Assembly: GCA_038087875.1 (NCBI GenBank)
Contig: JAXLNO010005151.1
Span: 124,001 to 188,000, forward strand
Length of the DNA stretch: 64,000 bases
Source: Malacoraja senta
Taxonomy: Eukaryota
Direction of reading: 5' to 3'
Part shown: piece by piece, positions 60,601 to 64,000 of the stretch
How the letters are laid out: each line of letters opens with the position of its first letter
How positions within the stretch are numbered: the stretch's first letter is position 1
The notes under the pieces: model-generated
The model's input: only the letters and a program-made list of their open reading frames with translations
Told to the model about the DNA's origin: nothing
The model's database searches: none
Translations under genes and position numbers: made by a program

Positions 60601-63600
60601 CACTCTGGGCGGGCAAGCTGGGCCTTCCAGGTGGGTCCTCCATCCACGGTCCACAGCGAGCAAGAACTCAGTCCGTGATGGATGGGCCAGATCTTCCGGG
60701 CGAATTCCTGGTCCAGGGTGGCCGGCCCTGAGAGTATGGCCAGGGTGGTGTGGGTCTCTGATGATATTAGCTGTCTTTCTGAGGCAGCACCTCCTGTAGA
60801 TCTATTCAATGGTGGGATGGAATGGTATGGAATGAGTGCTTCATGGTCAGAGTGGACTGTCGGCTGAAGGTTCTATTTGTGTGTCTCTGTGACTATATGT
60901 GTGGAGAAGGCTTCAAAAGAGTAGGCGAAGGGGCATTCTAAATGATGGGATGCACATATCATTGTAAACGGGGCCCTCAAAGTATTGATCTGTAAAATGC
61001 TAAATCTGCATTTCATTGCAGGGGACTAGTGTTTAATGGTAGCCAATCCACATAAACACTTGTCTCGTCTATGGAGAGTTTTGCAGACTGCTCCAATTAC
61101 AATAAATTAATATATAACGAGTGGGGTACAAGAAGATACATTCCTTTTATCCATAGATGCTGCCTGTTCCACTGCGTTACTCCAGTATTTTGTCTCTATC
61201 TTTGGTGTAAGCCAGCATCTGCAGTGCCTTCCTACACAGACACAAGAAGGATCCCAACAATGGGTTCTGTTTGTATGGAGTTGATACGTTCTCCCTGTGA
61301 CCGCTCGGCTTTCCTCTGGGTGCTCAGAGGGCAGTGGAGGCCGGTTCTCTGGATACTTTCAAGAGAGAGCTAGATAGGGCTCTTAAAGATAGCGGTGTCA
61401 GGGGATATGACAAGAAGGCAGGAACGGGGTACTGATTGGAGATGATCAGCCATGATCACATTGAATGGTGGTGCTGGCTCGAAGGGCCAAATGGCCAACT
61501 CCTGCACCTATTGTCTATTCTCTATTGTCTATTGTTTCGTCCCACGTTCCAAAGACGTGTGGGTTTGTAGGTTTATTGGCCGCTGTAAATTGCCCCTAGT
61601 GTGTAGGATGTGAAACAGGGAAAACATAGAACTAGTGTATGGGTGATTGATGGTCAGTGAAGACTCAGTGGGCAGAAAGGCCAGTTTCCATGCTGCATCT
61701 GTTAAAAAAGATTGGTGAGCATGATACCCGAATTCAAACGTCACAGAGAAACCAACACATTTTAGTTTGTACAGACAAGAACACCCAAGAATGTTTGTAT
61801 TCAAACAGACCAACAAAGTAATAAAGGTTTGCAGGTACAAAGACCAACAGTGAGCATTGCTTAATCTAATCTTATACTCAGAACATTGTAGACGTAGGGC
61901 ATTCAGCACAGGGAGGCTGTCCCATTGAGGGGGACGAGAACAAATGAGGTACTGTGGGGATGGGGGCGCCACCAAGAATGAAGGGGGAACTGGTGGGGAT
62001 GGTGTCTGCTGCCATGTGCGGCAACAGGCAGTGGATAGGACTGTTCGGTACTTTGTAACTTTGTCTGCGCCAACACATGACGACATATTTGTACTGCCTA
62101 GGTTCAGTTTAATTTATTGTCACGTGTACCGAGATACAGTGAAAAGCTTTTTGTTGCTTACTAACCAGTCAGTAGAAAGACAATACATGATTACAATCAA
62201 TGCATTTACAGTGTAGAGACACATGATAAAGGAATAATGTTTAATGCAAGGTGAAGCCAGCAAAGTCCGGTCAAGGATAGACTGAGGTTGTGTGGAAAAC
62301 AAAGCATTTCACTATACACAGATACCTTGGGTACATGTGACAATAGAGTATCATTCAATCATTCTTTCATTCATCAGTCCTATTCCTCCCAATTTATTTT
62401 CCATATAACACTGGCACCCATGGCCGCCAATGCTCCTTTGATTTTCTTTGCCATTTACGTGTGTTGATCTGGCTAATGGGTTTTGTGAAGTACAGCACAG
62501 TGGTGCAATGGTAGAGAGTTGCTGCCTCATAGCGCCAGAGACCCAGGTTCAATCCTGACTTCAGGTCTGTCTATGTGGAGTTTGCACATTTTCACTGTGG
62601 GTTTCCTCCAGGTGTTCCGGTTTCCTCCCACAACCCAAAGGCATGCAGCTTTGTAGGTTAATTGGCCTATGTAAATTGCCCCTAGTGTATAAAGAGTGGA
62701 CAAGAAAGTGGAATAACTAGAGTGAATGGGAGATCAATGGTCAGCATGGACTCAGTGGGCCGAAAGGCCTGTTTCCGCTATAACTCTAAACTAACCTTAA
62801 AACCCACTAAAATTACTGATTTATTGCAAGTAGCTAGATTCAAAACTATTTAAACTACTGAAGACGGGTCCTGACTCAAAACATTACCTGTCCATTCCAG
62901 CCACAGATGCTGCCTGACTCACTGAGTTCCTCCAGTATTTCATTGCTCAAGATTCCAACATATCTTGATATATAACTACTTGTTTGAATAACACTGTTGT
63001 TTGGTATTTTTATGATCTTTTTACGGTAGAATTGCATGCTGAAATGTTCATACCTTGAACATAGTTGAAAAGGATAGTAATTCATTAATGCATGCAGGAA
63101 TAGTATTATTAAAATTGACTTTAGTAAAATACCGAATACACTGGCAATATGCAGTAGGTCAGGCCGCATCTGTGGGCAGGAAAGCAGAGCTAATGTTTCA
63201 GGCCAGAGACCCTTCAGGACTGGGAAGGAGGAGAAAGAAGAAAGGAGGAACTGAAGATGCTGGTTAACATAAAAAGATACAGTGTTGGAATAACTCAGTG
63301 GGACAGGCAGCATTACTGGAGAGCGTGGGATGCTAAGGTTTTGGGTCAGGACCATTCTTCAAACTGATTGTGGGGGTAAATAAAGTTAGAAGAGAGGAGG
63401 GGCAGAACAAAGTATGGCAGATGATAGGTGATAGATACCAAAATGAGAGAGCAGTCCTGAACTACTATCTGCATCATTGGTGACCCTCGTACTTTCTTTG
63501 ATCGGACTTTACTGGCTTTACCTTGCACTAAATGTTATTCCCTCATCATGTATCTCTACACTGTAAATTGTTAGTTTGTAATCATGTATTGTCTTTACGC

Positions 63601-64000
63601 TGACTGGTTAGCAGGCAACAAAAGCTTTTCACTGTACCTCTGTACACGTAACAATAAACTAAACTAAAATGTTGCAGAGAGGATTTTCCGACAGGCAAAT
63701 GATTGGACAAAGGCCAGAGATGAAAAGACAAAAGGAATTAAAGAATGGTGAATTGTGAAAATAGAGGAATGGATGAACGGGACGGGGGAGGGCAGAAATA
63801 GATGCAAGTCCAGATGGGGCACAGGGGAGGGCAAGAAATGGGGGGGTAGGTTACCTAAAATTCTCATCACTTCCCACCCAAACCATCGCATCCCAGGTAA
63901 TCTCCCCTGCAACTGCGGATGTAACATCTATTCCTGTACCTCCTCTGTGGTCTGCCCCGAGGGACCACAGCAGCCCTTCTAGGTGAGACGAGGTTCATGT

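Noticed and set aside
60310-60870. GC-rich ORFs (60331-60663, 60435-60809) as a gene
   Set aside because: Frameshifted, flanked by LINE-tail sequence, and not assignable to any family; probably a decayed retroelement fragment.
1-64000. Prokaryotic-type systems (operons, CRISPR arrays, rRNA)
   Set aside because: The sequence is intron- and TE-rich vertebrate DNA; there are no repeat-spacer arrays or rRNA-like sequence.
55752-64000. Alpha1 exon for the second leader
   Set aside because: No acceptor followed by an xxH...LDD...FDS pattern was found; the region is mostly repeats.

Overview
Repeat-dense eukaryotic (vertebrate) genomic DNA. The V-SINE, CR1-like LINE and Penelope repeat complement points to an elasmobranch, probably a skate or ray (inference). 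One host gene can be reconstructed by eye on the + strand: a divergent non-classical MHC class I heavy-chain gene with leader (11978-12029), alpha1 (15962-16222), alpha2 (20206-20480), alpha3 (21760-22032) and TM/cytoplasmic (from 29854) exons, all joined in phase 1, behind an X1-X2-Y-like promoter. As given it is a pseudogene: a 1-nt frameshift in alpha2, a TAG replacing the Tyr of GFYP in alpha3, and a Passport-like Tc1 transposon inserted 11 nt before the TM-exon acceptor. A second leader-like exon of the same size at 55700-55751 suggests a neighbouring paralog continuing beyond the window. The rest is transposable elements: a dead hAT split by a young L1-clade insertion, a young non-autonomous LTR element with a tRNA-Trp-type primer site, a 3.5-kb non-autonomous hAT, MITEs, many CR1, Rex1-like and V-SINE fragments, and Penelope-like elements carrying minimal hammerhead-ribozyme motifs, often as head-to-head hairpins. 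All calls are from reading the sequence; no searches were run, and comparisons to HLA, Passport and ASLV are from memory.
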